Notes: generated by a model from the letters alone, not told the origin. A DNA stretch of 64,000 nt from the human T2T-CHM13v2.0 reference genome, Homo sapiens (GCF_009914755.1 NC_060932.1), one strand, 5' to 3'; positions 13,841 through 27,912 are shown, counted from the first letter of the stretch. Numbers and translations are program-made.

Positions 13841-15799
13841 GTTAATGATAATCATTCTACTAACCTTTTATAAAGTTGGTCCGGCTTAAAGGCTGATAAA
13901 AATGACCACAATATTTTGGAGTTCTGCCCAGTTCCATACGCTTTGATACCTTTATTAAAGATATTTTAAATCATTATAATGGATTTGTGGCTGTCAAAAC
14001 TTAGTAAACAAAAACAAATGTGAGTTGCTTTTCCTTCTTTGTATGTATTTTATGTGAACATGGAAAAAAACACTCTAGAATTCAGCAAGATCCAAACACA
14101 TTATCATGCTCATGTAGATCTTCATATACAAATCAGCATCACAGCCAACTATTCCTAGATTTCTAAATCTTGCTTTAATTTACCATCCTTTATCATCACT
14201 TTTTAGATCAGTCCCTCATTGAGCTTTCAGCCCACAAGCTGGTGAGCTAATATAAGAAGCAATCTGAATTAATGTAGAAAAACATTAGAGGGGTTCATTG
14301 TTCAGGTGTGAATGATTTCCCACAATATCGACATCTGCCGCATTCTTTTAACTCGGTAATTGTGTAAATCTGTAAAGCCATCATGTCGGCACAATTTTGA
14401 TGTTGGAGTTTCAAACATGTATGACTCCGTTTCTCTCCAGATATTTGCAGGATATCATTGATGCACCTATGGCTGATTATGCAGGCTTAACCGATTTTGC
14501 AGTTATGGGATATCTGGAGACTTTTTCCACCCTCTTCTCCTCTGAAGCCTATCTTTTATAGAAGCTCCACCAGGGAGCAGAGAGAGATGGAGAGAAACAA
14601 ATCATTTTGTTACCCATTAGATACTTTGAATATATCTGAAGGTTTTGGATACAGTGGGCTTTTAAGTTATTTGTGAATTTGAATTATGGCTCATTCCCCA
14701 GTCACAAACTTGGAAGATAAGTTAGACAGGTAGAAATGCATGGATAAAACTAAAATTATAATTTAAATAGTGTGCACAATGAGCAGGAAAACTCAATATT
14801 ATCTGTTATTTATCAGGATTCTGGAATTTACCTGACAATAGTGATTTCTCATATTTTTCTATTCTTGACTTTTCTGTAATTAAAATACTGGATTTGTTTT
14901 TAATCATTAATAAGTGGGGACATAATAAATCCTACCAAGCTAGTCTGCACCTTCACTGGAGCACAGACAAGCAAAGATACAAATATACATGCACACACAC
15001 CATCCTATTCCAACTTCTAGGTCTCGGTTTCTAGATATTTCAAACTCAATGGTCAGTAAAATATGAGGGGAGGAGAATGGAAAGTACATTTCCAACCCAA
15101 CAAGGTTAGTCATTATTCAGTAGCAGTTCTGATGTCACACAAACCCATACACAGGGATGGTTGATTTTACCAGAATATCGAAAAATACAAATTTTATAGT
15201 AAACTAATTTTTTTCTGCAAATATACTATTTCAAATAGCCATAATATGAGAGCCCCCTATACCCTACAAAAAGGTGTTTGTGGACTGCACTGCTCAGAAT
15301 CTTTGTTTAAATTTCAGTTTGCTGGACTGGGGCATGGCTGACCAATCTTTTTAAATTCTACTCTCCAGTGACTGATGGGTTACTCCATATATTTTTTCTC
15401 CTACTTAAAAACACATACACACACACTTATTTTGTTATAGAATAATATAGGGAGCAGTAGAAGACGTTCAATTGTTTTACAGAATAGAAGATGACCTCTT
15501 TAGATGGTTTGTAAGTAAAAGTAGTAGACGCACAGGTTAAGACTGGAGAACAACAAAATTTTCCATCTTATTAATGCAATGCACCTGCCATTGACACACT
15601 GACACCCACAACACACACACCCTTCTAGAAAAAGGAAATCAATGGTGTCTGCTTTTCAGATATCCTTCCTGAAAAAAATAATGATACACATAACTATGCG
15701 ACCATTATCATCTACAGAATATCTTGTGAAAGCCACACTATCTGGTTTCCTTGACTTTATTTCCTACTGATGTAGTTTCAAACTCTTCCCATAAAATTC

Positions 15800-16595
15800 T
15801 GGCTCATTCTTTGTAAAACATGCATAATGTTCCTTATTATGCTATCATGGGATAAATCATTTTTGTAAAATCACTTTACTCTTGACGGACATTTTTGTTA
15901 CTTTTACGTTTTCACTATTAGGAACAATGGTCCATGCGTATTCTTGTTGACATGTCTTGGGATTTTTAAAAAGTGTATCCATAATTTAAATTCTGAATGC
16001 TGGAATTGCTCATCACAGTTTAATGTGCATTTTAAATGTAGATGTCTATTAGCAACTGTGCTCTGAAGTGTTTGTGCCAATTTAATTTCTCGCCTGAAGT
16101 GCGTGGGAATTGTATTTTCCCCACAAATCACCAGGAATTTCTGCCAATTGATAAGGGAGTAATAACAATTTATTGTTTAGTATGAAGGTTTTTTCAAAGT
16201 TTAGCATCTTTCCGTAGGTTTATTTTGGCATTTATGTGTCTTTTTTGTGAACTTTGAGTCCATATAAATTGCATATTTTTCTATTGGATCTTAGTTTTAA
16301 AGTTTTGCCTCAATACTTTGCCAATAAAAAGAAGGAACTTTGTCATGCCTATCATGCAGTTCATTATACTTATGATTTTTCCCCCAGCAGATGTGTTTGC
16401 AACATTATTCATTTTTTAATGTTAGTTTTTCTAGAATAATTAGAATAATTCACAGCTGATAATGGGTACTAAATATAGCTTAGATATGATTAATATTAAT
16501 AGAAATATTTTTCTAAGAAACCATATGTAGATTTATACTTTCTTCTACATATTAGGATTTCATTTTTGTATTAATTTTTGATCCACTTGCATTAA
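15800..16595 (-). mobile_element. Old L1M(E) 3' fragment
   Basis: T-rich antisense L1 3' motifs TGCTGGAATTGCT, TGTGCCAATTTA and AGCATCTTTCCGTAGGTTTATTTTGGCATTT. Confidence 0.55.
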
Positions 16596-16597
16596 TA

Positions 16598-16878
16598 ATA
16601 CCAAAATCTAAAGTTGCTCAAGTTCCTTATATAAAATGGCAAACTAGTTGCATCAAAGCGACCTACATCCTTGTGTATACTTTAAATTATTTCTAAATTA
16701 CTTACATACCTAATCCAATGTAGATCATTGCTATACATTATTTTTTGGGGAAAGACAGGATAAAACTGTGCATGTTCAATGCAGATATAACCATTCATTT
16801 TTTCTTTACCAGAACATTTTTATCTCCAGTTGGTTTGAAACCAGGGTGGTGAAATCCACGGATGTGAAGAGCCAACTC
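16598..16878 (+). mobile_element. MER2 (TcMar-Tigger) fragment
   Basis: ATACCAAAATCT..TGCTCAAGTTCCTTATATAAAATGGC, GTATACTTTAAATTATTTCTAAATTACTTA; ends GGATGTGAAGAGCCAACT. Confidence 0.8.
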
Positions 16879-17291
16879 CATTATGCTTCCTTACTAGTCA
16901 TCACTATTGTTTGAAAAACTATTCATTTTTGTACATTGCTTTCTACTTTTCTGAATTTTCTTACATATATTTAGTGGTTTTTAAGCTGAATAATTGTTTT
17001 CTATGGCATATAATGATACCATTCACAAGTTATGAAAATGATGCCATTTTCTTTCAAATATTTATCCACCAGGTGTTAATTTATAAGGATAATAGTGGAA
17101 ATTATTGTCTAGTTCCAATAAATATCAATATTTCTCCTCTTTTACCTTTCAGTGTGATTCTGGTTCTGTGATTTTTTTTTTTTTAATTTTTATTGTGTTT
17201 ACCAGAACCTGATGCATCCCTTCCTTGGACAGTTCCTGAAACAAATGAGTCAATTTACAATTAATTTTTTTCTTCCTAAAAAAGAATAGCA

Positions 17292-17460
17292 AGTATGGGT
17301 AGGGGGGAGGGATAACATTAGGAGATAAACCTAATATTAAATGACGAGTTAATGGGTGCAGCACACCAACATGGCACATGTATACATATGTATACACGTG
17401 TATACATATGTAACACTGCACGTTGTGCACATGTACCCTAAAACTTAAAGTATAAAAAAA
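17292..17460 (+). mobile_element. Severely 5'-truncated L1PA (about L1PA4-5) 3' end
   Basis: TAAATGACGAGTTAATGGGTGCAGCACACCAACATGGCACATG...ACCCTAAAACTTAAAGTAT-A tail; TSD AAAAAAGAATAGCA on both sides. Confidence 0.92.
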
Positions 17461-17707
17461 AAAAGAATAGCACATAAATGCAATAAAGAGAGGGAGAAGG
17501 ACAAGAAACAAGGTAGATGGAGGTCCACGTCTTGCCCTGGATGTCTGTCATCTAAGACAGAGAATGACCTCCACATGCAAGACACCTGCATATGTGAGAC
17601 ACCTGAGCCAATGGTGACGTCAGGATTCGTCAGTCCTCCACTCCTAGGCTCTGAGTCATGGCAGAGTTGCAAGAACAGAGGTGAACCTGAGCTCTCTGCA
17701 GGCAGAC

Positions 17708-18133
17708 GAATATGGTTTGGATGTTTTGTCCCTCCAAATCTCGTGTTGAAATGTGATCCCCAGTGTTGGAGGTGAGGACTGGTGGGATGTGTTTCGGTCA
17801 TGAGGTCAGATCCCTCATGAATGGCTTGACACCCTCCCCATGGTCATAAGTGAGTTCTCATTCAGTTAGTTCACAGGAAAGCTGGTTGTTTAAAGGAGCC
17901 TGGCACCTCCTCCTCCACTTTCTGTCTTGCTCCCTCCCCTGCTGTGACACACTGGTTCCCCTTCACCGTCCGCCATGAACACAAGCTTCCTCAGGCCCTC
18001 CCCAGAAACCAAGCAGATGCTGGTACCCTGCTTCCTGTAGAGACTGCAGAACCATGAGCCAAAATACACTTCACAAAAAATAAATTACACAGTCTCAGGT
18101 ACTCCTTTATAGCAATGATAAGGAACTAAAACA
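17708..18133 (+). mobile_element. MSTB-like MaLR solo LTR
   Basis: ATATGGTTTGGATGTTTTGTCCCTCCAAATCTC...GTCTCAGGTACTCCTTTATAGCAATG; 5-bp TSD CAGAC at 17703-17707 and 18134-18138. Confidence 0.9.
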
Positions 18134-18594
18134 CAGACTTACCCCAAATAGGAAAAATACCCATGAGTCACCCAGCGAGAGAAGCCTGGGGTGGAGAACT
18201 AAGCTAGCTCCTTCCACGTGGAAGGAGATATCTGGAGTGAGATAGAAACATTCCTACTTCACACATGTATCAATCTGCTCCTAGTCTAACAAGATTACAT
18301 TTTAAATTAATGTTACCTTCTGCCAAAGACACTTTATACATCTAGTAAAATGATCATATGGTGACAATTCATTGACCTATGAATATGGTATAATGTAATT
18401 GTATTAATAACAGTAAATATATTAATATGACATATATTTATATAATATGAAGTTAAATTTTAAATTATATTGTTTTATAATTTTATATACATTGTCTATA
18501 ACTCCAGTCACCCCACTATCTTCGACTCAAACAAATATCGTTTGGTCATAATGTATTATTTTGTAAGGCACTGCTGAACTGCATTTTCTGATTT

Positions 18595-18753
18595 TTTTAA
18601 GCTTTATTTTATTTTTCATTGACAAACAATAATTGCCTGTTATTGGGTACAAAGTGATATTTTGATACACATACACACTGTGGAACAATCAAATTTTAGT
18701 ATAGCTAATAGAAGATTTTAAATATTCTCACCACAAAGAAATGATAAATATTT
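18595..18753 (-). mobile_element. Short L1MA 3' end with an inverted upstream piece, within older L1M sequence
   Basis: Antisense L1MA terminus at 18603-18693 abuts a sense segment GATTTTAAATATTCTCACCACAAAGAAATGATAAATATTT. Confidence 0.6.
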
Positions 18754-19509
18754 ACTGGCATTGTTAACTATATGTATACAAGTTTGTAAATGTGTGTGTG
18801 TGTATGCGTGCAATATCTTCTCTGTTGGTTTACCTTTGTCAGGATTTAATTGGCATCATAAAAATCACTTTGAGGATTTTCTTCTACGTGCTTTGAAACA
18901 TATTATCTGTGTTTCAAACGAGGTGTATGCTACTATCAAGGTAGAACACGAACATGATTCAGCTTAAATGATCTATATCCTAAATTAGTTATTGTCTACT
19001 TCATCTGTTATGGATGCAGAGTGAGGTAGGCGTCTCACTGCAACCATATTTCCGTTATCCTTGCATTTCCTAGTTTTGCTTGATTTATTTTTAGCGTGAT
19101 TTGGGGCGTCAAGTTCGATGATGGCTGTGCTCTTTCTGTGACTTTCACTCTGTTTCTTGTGAGGTGTGCTGGGTAACTTCTCCCTGGCTGCTAGATAAGT
19201 TCCACACTCCTGCTCATGGCTCAGTGGCCCCGGAGGCCAACCTATAGGCACTATTTCACTGGGCTCTTCTGCCCTCTCTTATTCATTTGGGATTGACAAG
19301 GATCAAGCATAGGGAGGAGCATAAGTCTGTGCATTCCTTCAACAGGGTCCCTCCCACTGGGCTCCTCCAGCCAGCTGTGAATCTGAATGGTCAAAGCACC
19401 CATGAATGTATCACGGCCGGCTGGGCAGCCCTCTCCAGCTCCCTAACTTCCTCCTCCTCGCACAGGTCAGACAGGAGGACTCTGGAATGCCTAGCGCTGG
19501 GGTAATAGA

Positions 19510-19804
19510 TTTTTTTTTTTTTTTTTTTGGTGGAGTCTCCCTCTGTCGTCCAGGCTGGAGTGCAGTGGCACCATCTCGGCTCACTGCAGCCTCTGCCACA
19601 GGGTTCAAGCGATTCTCCCAGTTTAGCCTCCAAGTAGCTAGAATTACGGGCTCGCACCACCATTCCCACCTAATTTTTAAATTTTTAGTAGAGATGGGGA
19701 TTCACCTTGTTGGCCAAGTTGGTCTCGATCTCCTGACCTCGTGATCTGCCCGCCTCGGCCTCCCAAAGTGCTGGGATTACAGGCGTGAGCCACTGCGCCC
19801 GGGC
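19510..19804 (-). mobile_element. AluS (Sg/Sc-like)
   Basis: Full antisense Alu with CTCCTGACCTCGTGATCTGCCCGCC; degenerate TSD AATAGATT/AATGGATT. Confidence 0.92.
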
Positions 19805-21630
19805 AATGGATTCTTTCCTTCAGTTTTCCTTTACTCTGCCCAGACTTAGATAAATATTTCCTTTATCAAACACATTTTATATTACTTCAATTTGAACAAG
19901 CCAACCATTTCCTGCCAGGACCTGGCACATATGGTAATGCCGTTTGACTTTTAAACATCTTTTCCGTCGAACTCCCTCTGGGCTGATATTGGCATCACCA
20001 GGTCTCCTATTCATTAGACATCCACCGTTGGGTTTTTCTAACCTTTTACTTACTTTGTCTCTACCATTCGTCTTTGGGATTTATATTTAAAGTCAATCTG
20101 AGACCCCTTTCCTTTTAATATCTACTAATCTATCTCTATCCACTTATATTTCTTTTTACAGTGATATGCTTGACTTTCATGTTGCCTTTCTGTGATTGTC
20201 ATATTGCTGCATTTTGTCACTTTTCCTATAAAGATTATACTTTCTGTTCTTGGTGTCAATGTCTGAGGCTCACATTTTCCTGCCAGCAATTTGGAAAGTT
20301 AATAGTCTAATTTTTTACAATAATGAGCTTTGTAAATTGAAACACATTACTCCAAATCTTAGCACTTTAGAAAATAGGTATAATTCCACACTGTTGAATA
20401 AGAGAACATTTGATACTAACTCTTCCTTGCAAGGCCCCTTTCCTCCCAGCTCTGATTTGTTTTTAAATTATACCTATTTTTAGTTATCCTAGAGGTTTCC
20501 TTTAACCTTTAAAATGCTAGATGTAGTTTTTAATTTTTTGATATTCAGCCTTGGGCAATATCATTTAATTTCAAAAAACACAAAGAATGAGCACACTCAC
20601 ATTTTCTCTGATCTTTTGTGCCCACTCCACCGCTTTGATAAGAGGACTCTTTGTTCATTTCCTTTTTCGTACTTTACTGTTGTTATTTTATTGTCTCCTA
20701 TATTGTTACGAACCTGAAATCTTAAGCCAACCTAAATTTTTTCAAAATGTTTGAAATTATTTTTCTACCCAAATATCTATATGAATATTCTTAAAGTATA
20801 ATTTAACCAGGTACCTGGCCTTTAATCATTTTTCTTCTGTTTTTCTCCCTAGTCGTTGCTTCTCCCTCTCTTTCAATCCATCACTAAATCATATAAAGTT
20901 CACCTTGCTGTCCTTAGCTTGGAAACCAAATTCCTTGAATTCCGTGGCATGTGGCACACCTGCATCTTACAGAGCAGTAAGTGTCCTGCAACATACGGAT
21001 GTTTTGAAGATTTAATCTTTCTGATCCTCCCAAATATCTTTAAACTTTTATAAATATATGAGCAGCTCCCCATACATCAAGTGCTGTCTGAGTCTGTTCT
21101 TATGACAGATGAGCTAGCTGTAATCTTAAGGAGGTATTTTAAGTTTTCAGAGAGCTCTGTTCTCCCCCTGCGGTGGTTGTTTCACTGTTCCCCCCACCCC
21201 CTAAAATTTTCCTCCTTTCTTCTGTTAGAACACTTTCCAAACACCATTCTTTCTGAGGATTAGAGAATTTTAAGATTCTTATTTTTTGTGGACCTATATT
21301 TATAATTACTTAGGCCTGGACATGTAGCTTATCCTTGCTTATACCTGTCTAGTTACATCTCTTAGACCCCAAGGCTAATGATTGAGGGGTTCTCTCTTCA
21401 TTCCTTGCATCATTCTCCTCGAGTGCCCCCTACTCTAGGGGTATGAGCATTTTCTAATCCACAGCTCCCTGCTCTCTTTAACTCAACTATTTTTAAAAAA
21501 CCTAGCTACATATTAAATTCCTCTGAGAAATTTTCTTTAAAAAAAAATTCTGAACTTCAACTCCAAGCAAGAAAATGAGAATCTTTAAGTACATGGCAAG
21601 AGGGTCAGTATTTGTTTAAGTCCTCTAGGT

Positions 21631-22118
21631 CAGTGCTCCCCATCCTTTTTGGTCCAGGACCCAGTATCATAGAAGACAATTTTTCCATGGATGGGAGGGA
21701 GAGGATGATTTGAGGATGATTCAGGCACATTATTTTATTGTGTACTTTATTTCTATTAATATTACATACTCACCAGAATGTAGAATCAGTGGGAGACCTG
21801 AGCTTGTTTTCCTCTAACTAGATGGTCCCTTCTGGGGGTGATGGGGGACAGTGACAGATCATCGCATATTAGATTCTCATAAGGAGCATGCAACCTAGAT
21901 CCCTCACATGTACAGTTCACAGTAGGATTTGCGATCCTATGAGAATCTAGTGCCGCCGCACTGATCTAAGAGGAGACAGAGCTCAGGCGGTCACGCGAGC
22001 CATGGGGAGTGGCTGTAAATACAGATGAAGCTTTGCTTGCTTGCCCACCATTCACCCCAGGCTGTGCAACCCGGCCACTAATAGGCCACGGTCCAGTACC
22101 AGGGATTGGGGACCCCTG
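21631..22118 (-). mobile_element. MER1A (hAT-Charlie) DNA transposon
   Basis: Termini CAGTGCTCCCCA and TGGGGACCCCTG; perfect 8-bp TSD CTCTAGGT at 21623-21630 and 22119-22126; internal ATTAGATTCTCATAAGGAGCATGCAACCTAGATCCCTC. Confidence 0.92.
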
Positions 22119-22279
22119 CTCTAGGTGATTCCCATTTATAATCAGAACAGTCAGTAGATGTCTGCTATTCCCCTGTTTATGACCTCATTCAAATATAAGA
22201 GCTATATATGACAAATAATATGTTATAAAATAAATGTACCCATAAAATATAATAAAAACTATATATAAAATTGTAAATC

Positions 22280-24380
22280 TTTCTGGAATGGTGAAATAAG
22301 GACTTCTGAAAATCCACTTCTTTATAAAAACAATGAGAAGAGTAACCAAATGATAAAATGCAACTTTTCAGAGTTTTGAATATTCACCAAAGACTTGCAA
22401 CAACCTGAGGAATATTCATTCAAGAGAAATGGCTGAATATTAGTAAAGTGATTCACTCTGTGCCATTTTACTTTGCCATATTTATTTCTCCTCTCACCAT
22501 TCTGAGATAACTGTGAAAAACAGCCAACAATCAGCTTCTAGAGGAGACAGAATAGGTTTGGAGCTTCCCAGATACCCCCTACACAGACAGTATTCTCTTT
22601 TTGATCTTTCTGGAAGTTCTGCTGAAAAGTCTCATGCACAAAGCTTGTCGTATTTGATCGCACTCTGTGTCTACTTACTGAAAAACCCTAAGCCCAAGAT
22701 GACTGTCAAAAGCAAAACAATGCAAAACAAAAAAAAATAGGCAAAGAAGTTCAGGTCTGTATATTAAAAATGTACAAAACATGGTTGAAAGGGATCAAAG
22801 AAGACTTAAGTACGTGGAAAGACATCTCATGTTCATGGCATAGGGGGTTTAATATTGTTAAGGTAGTAATATTCTCCACATTTATCTAAAGGTTCAATGC
22901 AGTATCTTTAAAAATCCCAGCTTCCTATTCTGCTGAAATTAACAAGCTGATTCTAAAGTTTATATGAAAATGCAAAGAACCCGGAAAAGCCAAAACAACC
23001 TTTTAAAAACAACGTTGGAGGACAACTATTTCTGATTACACAAATTATAAACTGATAGCTATCAAGATGGTGTGCTCCTGGCATAACCACAGACATGTAG
23101 GTCAATGGAATATCAGTGAATTAGCAAAAATAAGACACGTATGGCCATTTTATTTCAATAAGAGTGCAAATGACCCTACAATGGAAAATCGTTTTTTCAG
23201 CAAATGATGTTGAAACTATTATATTATTCAATATCCATATGAAAAGAATGAAGTTGGACCTCTACTTCACATTGTGTACAAGAATTAACTCGAAATAGCT
23301 AAATACCTAAATGTAAGAGCAAAGACCACCACCAACAATGAACCTCTTAGAAATGAGAATGCAGGAGTCAATTTTCTTAACTTTGTGTTAGGCAATAATT
23401 GTTTATTTAGGAAGCCAAAAGGACAAACAACAAAAGAGAAATAGATCCATTTGATTTTATCATTAACAAAAACTTTTGTTTCAAAGGACACCACCAAGAA
23501 AGTGAAAAGATAATCCAAAGAATTGGAGACTGTATTTGCAATTCCTATATCTGATAAGACACTTAGATTCAGAATACATTAGGATCTTTTATAACTCAAC
23601 AATAAAAATATAAGTAAAAAAATTTTTAAAACTAAGCAACAACGTGCATATATAATTATCTGAAGAAAGTATGTAAATACTCAATATTCACATGAAAATC
23701 TAGTCAACATGAAAAATTATTAGCGAAATTAAATAAAAACTCAAGGATACACAACTTTTCACTCATTAGAATGGCCATAATTATAAAAATACATAAAAAG
23801 GCTGGGCACGGTGGCTCACTCCTGTAATCCCAGCATTTTAGGAGGCCAAAGGGGGCAGATCGCTTGACTCCAGTAGTTTAAAACCAGACTCGACCATATG
23901 GCAAAACCCTGTCTCTACAAATAGTAGCCGGGTGTGGTGGTGTGCACCTGTGGTCCTGTTACATTGGTGGCGGAGGTGGGAGGATCACTTGAATGCAGGA
24001 GGTAGAGGCTGCAGTGAGCTGAAATTGCGCCAGTGCACTCCTGCCTGGGTGACAGAGGGAGACCCCATCTCAAAAACAAAACAAAAATCGTAAATAAAAA
24101 AGTATTGGCAAGGATGTAGAGAAATGGAAATCCAAATACATAGGAGGTGGGAATATAAAATGGTGCAACCATTATGGAGCACACATTGACAAGTTTTCAA
24201 AATCTTACATATGAAATGAATTCCCACATGACGCAATGATTCCATTCCCAGGTCTTTACACAAGGTAAATGAAAGCATTTATTCACATAAAACTTGCACA
24301 ACAATAATCATAACAAAAAGATTCCTAGTTGTGGAAAAACTGAAACAATGTATATGCCCACCAACTTATGAATGAATAAA
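22280..24380 (+). mobile_element. Old L1M: 5'-region piece joined to an ORF2 3'/3' UTR piece
   Basis: TGGAAAGACATCTCATGTTCATGG, AATGAAGTTGGACCTCTAC, AAAACTTTTGTTTCAAAGGACACC and GGGAATATAAAATGGTGCAACC. Confidence 0.8.
23800..24087 (+). mobile_element. AluJ inserted in L1
   Basis: GGTGGGAGGATCACTTGA..GAGGCTGCAGTGAGC; (CAAAA)n tail. Confidence 0.9.
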
Positions 24381-24539
24381 AATTCTTGACTAACTGCTCC
24401 ATGGGTAGCTGCAATCTTTGGTCAATTTTGAACCTGACAAAGTTGATTTTGACACATTGTGGCACATTTTTCCTTGCTTTTATGAAGGCGTAAATCATGA
24501 AATGTTTATGCCTCACCATTGTCACTGACTACCCCAAGT

Positions 24540-25220
24540 GCATGATTTACATTTTAGCCATTTATATATGTACCTAAGTATAAAACATAGTGTTATTTGT
24601 TTTAAAGTGTACATGGATTTTGCCATATTGTGTATAGTTTTTATAATTTGCTTTTATTCAACATTATTTTCAAAATTTAAGATTGTTAATTGTTTCATTT
24701 GCTCTACAATATTTATCTATATTAATATAACAAATTATTTTTCTATTAACGTTTATTTAGGTTTTTATTATAAATAATGCCACAGTGAACAATTTTTGAT
24801 TTTTTTTTCATCTTGTGACCAACTGATTATATTGAGTAGATACTTATATTGAAATTTTTGGACAGAAATTCTGCATACCTTGAAAATTTTTGTTATTGCC
24901 AACTTTCACTTTCTAAATAAGATGTATTCATTTACACATTTTCCTGTGGTATAGTTTATAAGAGTTTTATATCTTCATACTCTTGTTAACACTGAACATT
25001 ACAATCCTTTTACTTTTTCTTTTCTCACATGCGTGTGAAATAGTACAGTTGTTTGAATTTAATCTCCAGATTTCTAATAAGGTTGAGTGTTCACAGTTTT
25101 ACCTCCAATTGAGTGAGCTTGTATACAGCCTTTGATGGTTGACTAGTAAGTTACTAGTCTTCTTCTTGTTGATTGATAGAAATTACTCTAGATGTTTTGG
25201 CTACTCCTTATCTGACAGGT
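24540..25220 (-). mobile_element. Old L1ME-like 3' fragment
   Basis: AAATAATGCCACAGTGAACA, TATTGCCAACTT and TTTCTAATAAGGTTGAG antisense L1 motifs. Confidence 0.5.
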
Positions 25221-25231
25221 GAGTGCTCTCA

Positions 25232-25405
25232 GCAGGCTGTCACTGTGGTCATGCCTCTGTGCAGCCACGTAGGTCCCCGGGTTCTGCAGGCTTCCGCTTC
25301 CACGCTCCATCTACTGTGCACCCCTATTGCTGTGTTGAAATTCACAACCTTTGAACAAGGGTCCTGCATTTTCATTTCACCCAGAGCCTTCAAAATTATG
25401 GAGCA
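25232..25405. mobile_element. MER91-like hAT element
   Basis: TTGAAATTC...TTTGAACAAGGGTCCTGCATTTTCATTTCAC..AAAATTATG. Confidence 0.55.
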
Positions 25406-25707
25406 AATTTTGGTTGTGACTATTATCCTGCTCATTTCTTGCGTTGAATATATAGCATGCCTTGCTGAAGCTGTGTTTCCTTGTTGTTGTTTTTGTTCCT
25501 CCTTGGGATCTGTTACCTTTCCTTCAAACTGGTATTAGGTCTATGGGTCTTGATGCATACGCTGATGACATTACTTTTTCAAGATTAGGTCAGGATGTAC
25601 TCTGGCTTTCTGTGCTTTTAAAGTTTGTGGTTCCTTGTTCTGGCAGATTCAGTAGGTCTTTATCCTGCTCTTCTCCATACCTCTGAACCCACCAGGCTTG
25701 TTCTACT

Positions 25708-25885
25708 ATGGTGTTTCCCAACTTTCTTGGGTGTAAGAACACTGGGTAGTTCCTTAAAAATATGGTTTCCCAATCTCATTCTCTAGTAATTTCAATTACC
25801 AGATCTCAAGGAGGGCTTAAATATTTGAATGTTTAATGAAATTGTAGGTAATTGCCAGAGACAACATACAGGAATAAGTTGTCTA
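25708..25885. mobile_element. MER5-like hAT-Charlie remnant
   Basis: GTGTTTCCCAACTTT..TAAGAACACTGGGTAGTTCCTTAAAAAT; size about 180 bp. Confidence 0.4.
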
Positions 25886-25901
25886 AAATTAGTGAACCTA
25901 G

Positions 25902-26205
25902 GGCTGGGCACGGTGGCTCACACCTGTAATCCTAGCACTTTGGGAGGCCAAAGTGGATAGATCACTTGATTTCAGGAGTTGAAATCCAGTAGAGCCAACA
26001 TGGCGAAACCCCATTGCTAACAAAAATACAAAAATGACTCAGGCATGGTGGTGCACGCCTATAATCCCAGCTGCTCTGGAAGCTGAGGCAGGAGAATCAC
26101 TTTAACCTGGGGGGTGGATGTTGCTGTGAGCTGAGACCATGCCACTGCACTCCAGCCTGGGTAACAGGGCAAGACTCTGTCTATAAATAAATAAATGAAT
26201 AAAAA
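25902..26205 (+). mobile_element. Old AluS/J
   Basis: Full dimer GGCTGGGCACGGTGGCTCAC... with (TAAA)n tail. Confidence 0.92.
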
Positions 26206-27586
26206 GAATTAAAACATTTTTTTTCTGAGAACCACATAGGGTGTAAAAGAGAAGCAAATCAGAAAACTGCAGTGTTCTCTTACTCTCTGAATATGCTATG
26301 TGAGGTATGCTTCAATGTGAAACCTATCTCTCCTACCTAGTGGGACCCAAATTTAGATATTTAAGCATATTAACAACACTGCCAAGTTTATAATTATCTG
26401 CTTCTACAGTGACTAGCATCACATGGGTATAATGAAGCACAAACTAGCTCTGTTATAGCCCGTAGAACAAAAATAAGCAGATTCACTTATTACTTTTTCA
26501 GATAACACAATCAGTTTAGACACAACTCATAATATGGCACTGTTTTATACATATGCACACAAACACACACACAAACACACATCGACTCTATTAATTCAAT
26601 ATAAATCTACCATAACCTAACCAATGTAGTAAACTTTTCAATATTTAAGAGAAGTCATGAGTCTTATCTGAATATTGGTGTCCATAAGACCATAAGAGTT
26701 GCTGCGTGATGTTTATTTCTTAATCCTCAGGTTCAGTACTTTCTCTCACATCAGGGAGTCTAAACTTGTGACAGACCAGGATTATCCTCCCAGAATTAAG
26801 GTCATTCACCAAATAAAATAATTTCTAATGACACCCGTACATTCTCCTCGCAATTGCTTTGTGCCTGGAATTGTGCAAACGCCTTGGAGCCTGCATTGTA
26901 TGTTACATACTTTTACTGTATTCTAACTCAAGGCTGTTTGGCTAAAATTCAAGCTAACCTACTTTGTCCTGAGCCAGATTACATCGGTTACATCAGAGAA
27001 AACTCTCTGTGCATTTCTTATTAATGTGCAATTTGTTCAAATCTAGGGATTCCGTAAGAATTTTCTTTCCCCAAAATGTGTATACTTCACCAAACTGTGG
27101 GGGAATTCCAAAATCTAGTCTTCCAATGTGAAGTCCTGCTTTCCTGGGCACTGAAGGGTGAACAGAGACTTCTGTTGGGATGGGTTCACTGGGCCATGAT
27201 GTCCCCTCTCTCCAAAAACTGGTGTGAGTGATGGAGATAATCATTGGAAGCCAGAGAAATGCAGATAGAAACTGATGTGCTGGAGGGAGGAGATCAGAAG
27301 CGGTGTCTGAAGAGATGGAGATGGAGATTGTGGTTAGAGAGAAGGAGTCCGGAAGCTGGAAGCCACAGGCACAGGCTGGGAGTGACGGTCCATGTCCACT
27401 GGCCTCTCAGACTTCTGGCTGGGCTCATTCTGCCTTCCCTGAGGCCAGTGTGGAGAACACCTCTTCGGTAGGATTTTGTAACATTCTCCAGCGTTGTCTC
27501 AATAAAACATCTCATTAACTTGCAATTCATTTGAAGCGTGTCTTATCGTCTCCCACAAAACAGCCTTAACCAAGATTCTATTTTAT

Positions 27587-27912
<326 letters not shown>

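Noticed and set aside
27130-27578. Possible ancient ERVL/MaLR LTR
   Set aside because: The 3' end looks LTR-like (AATAAA, then CCTTAACCAAGA), but I could not assign a family or boundaries with enough support.
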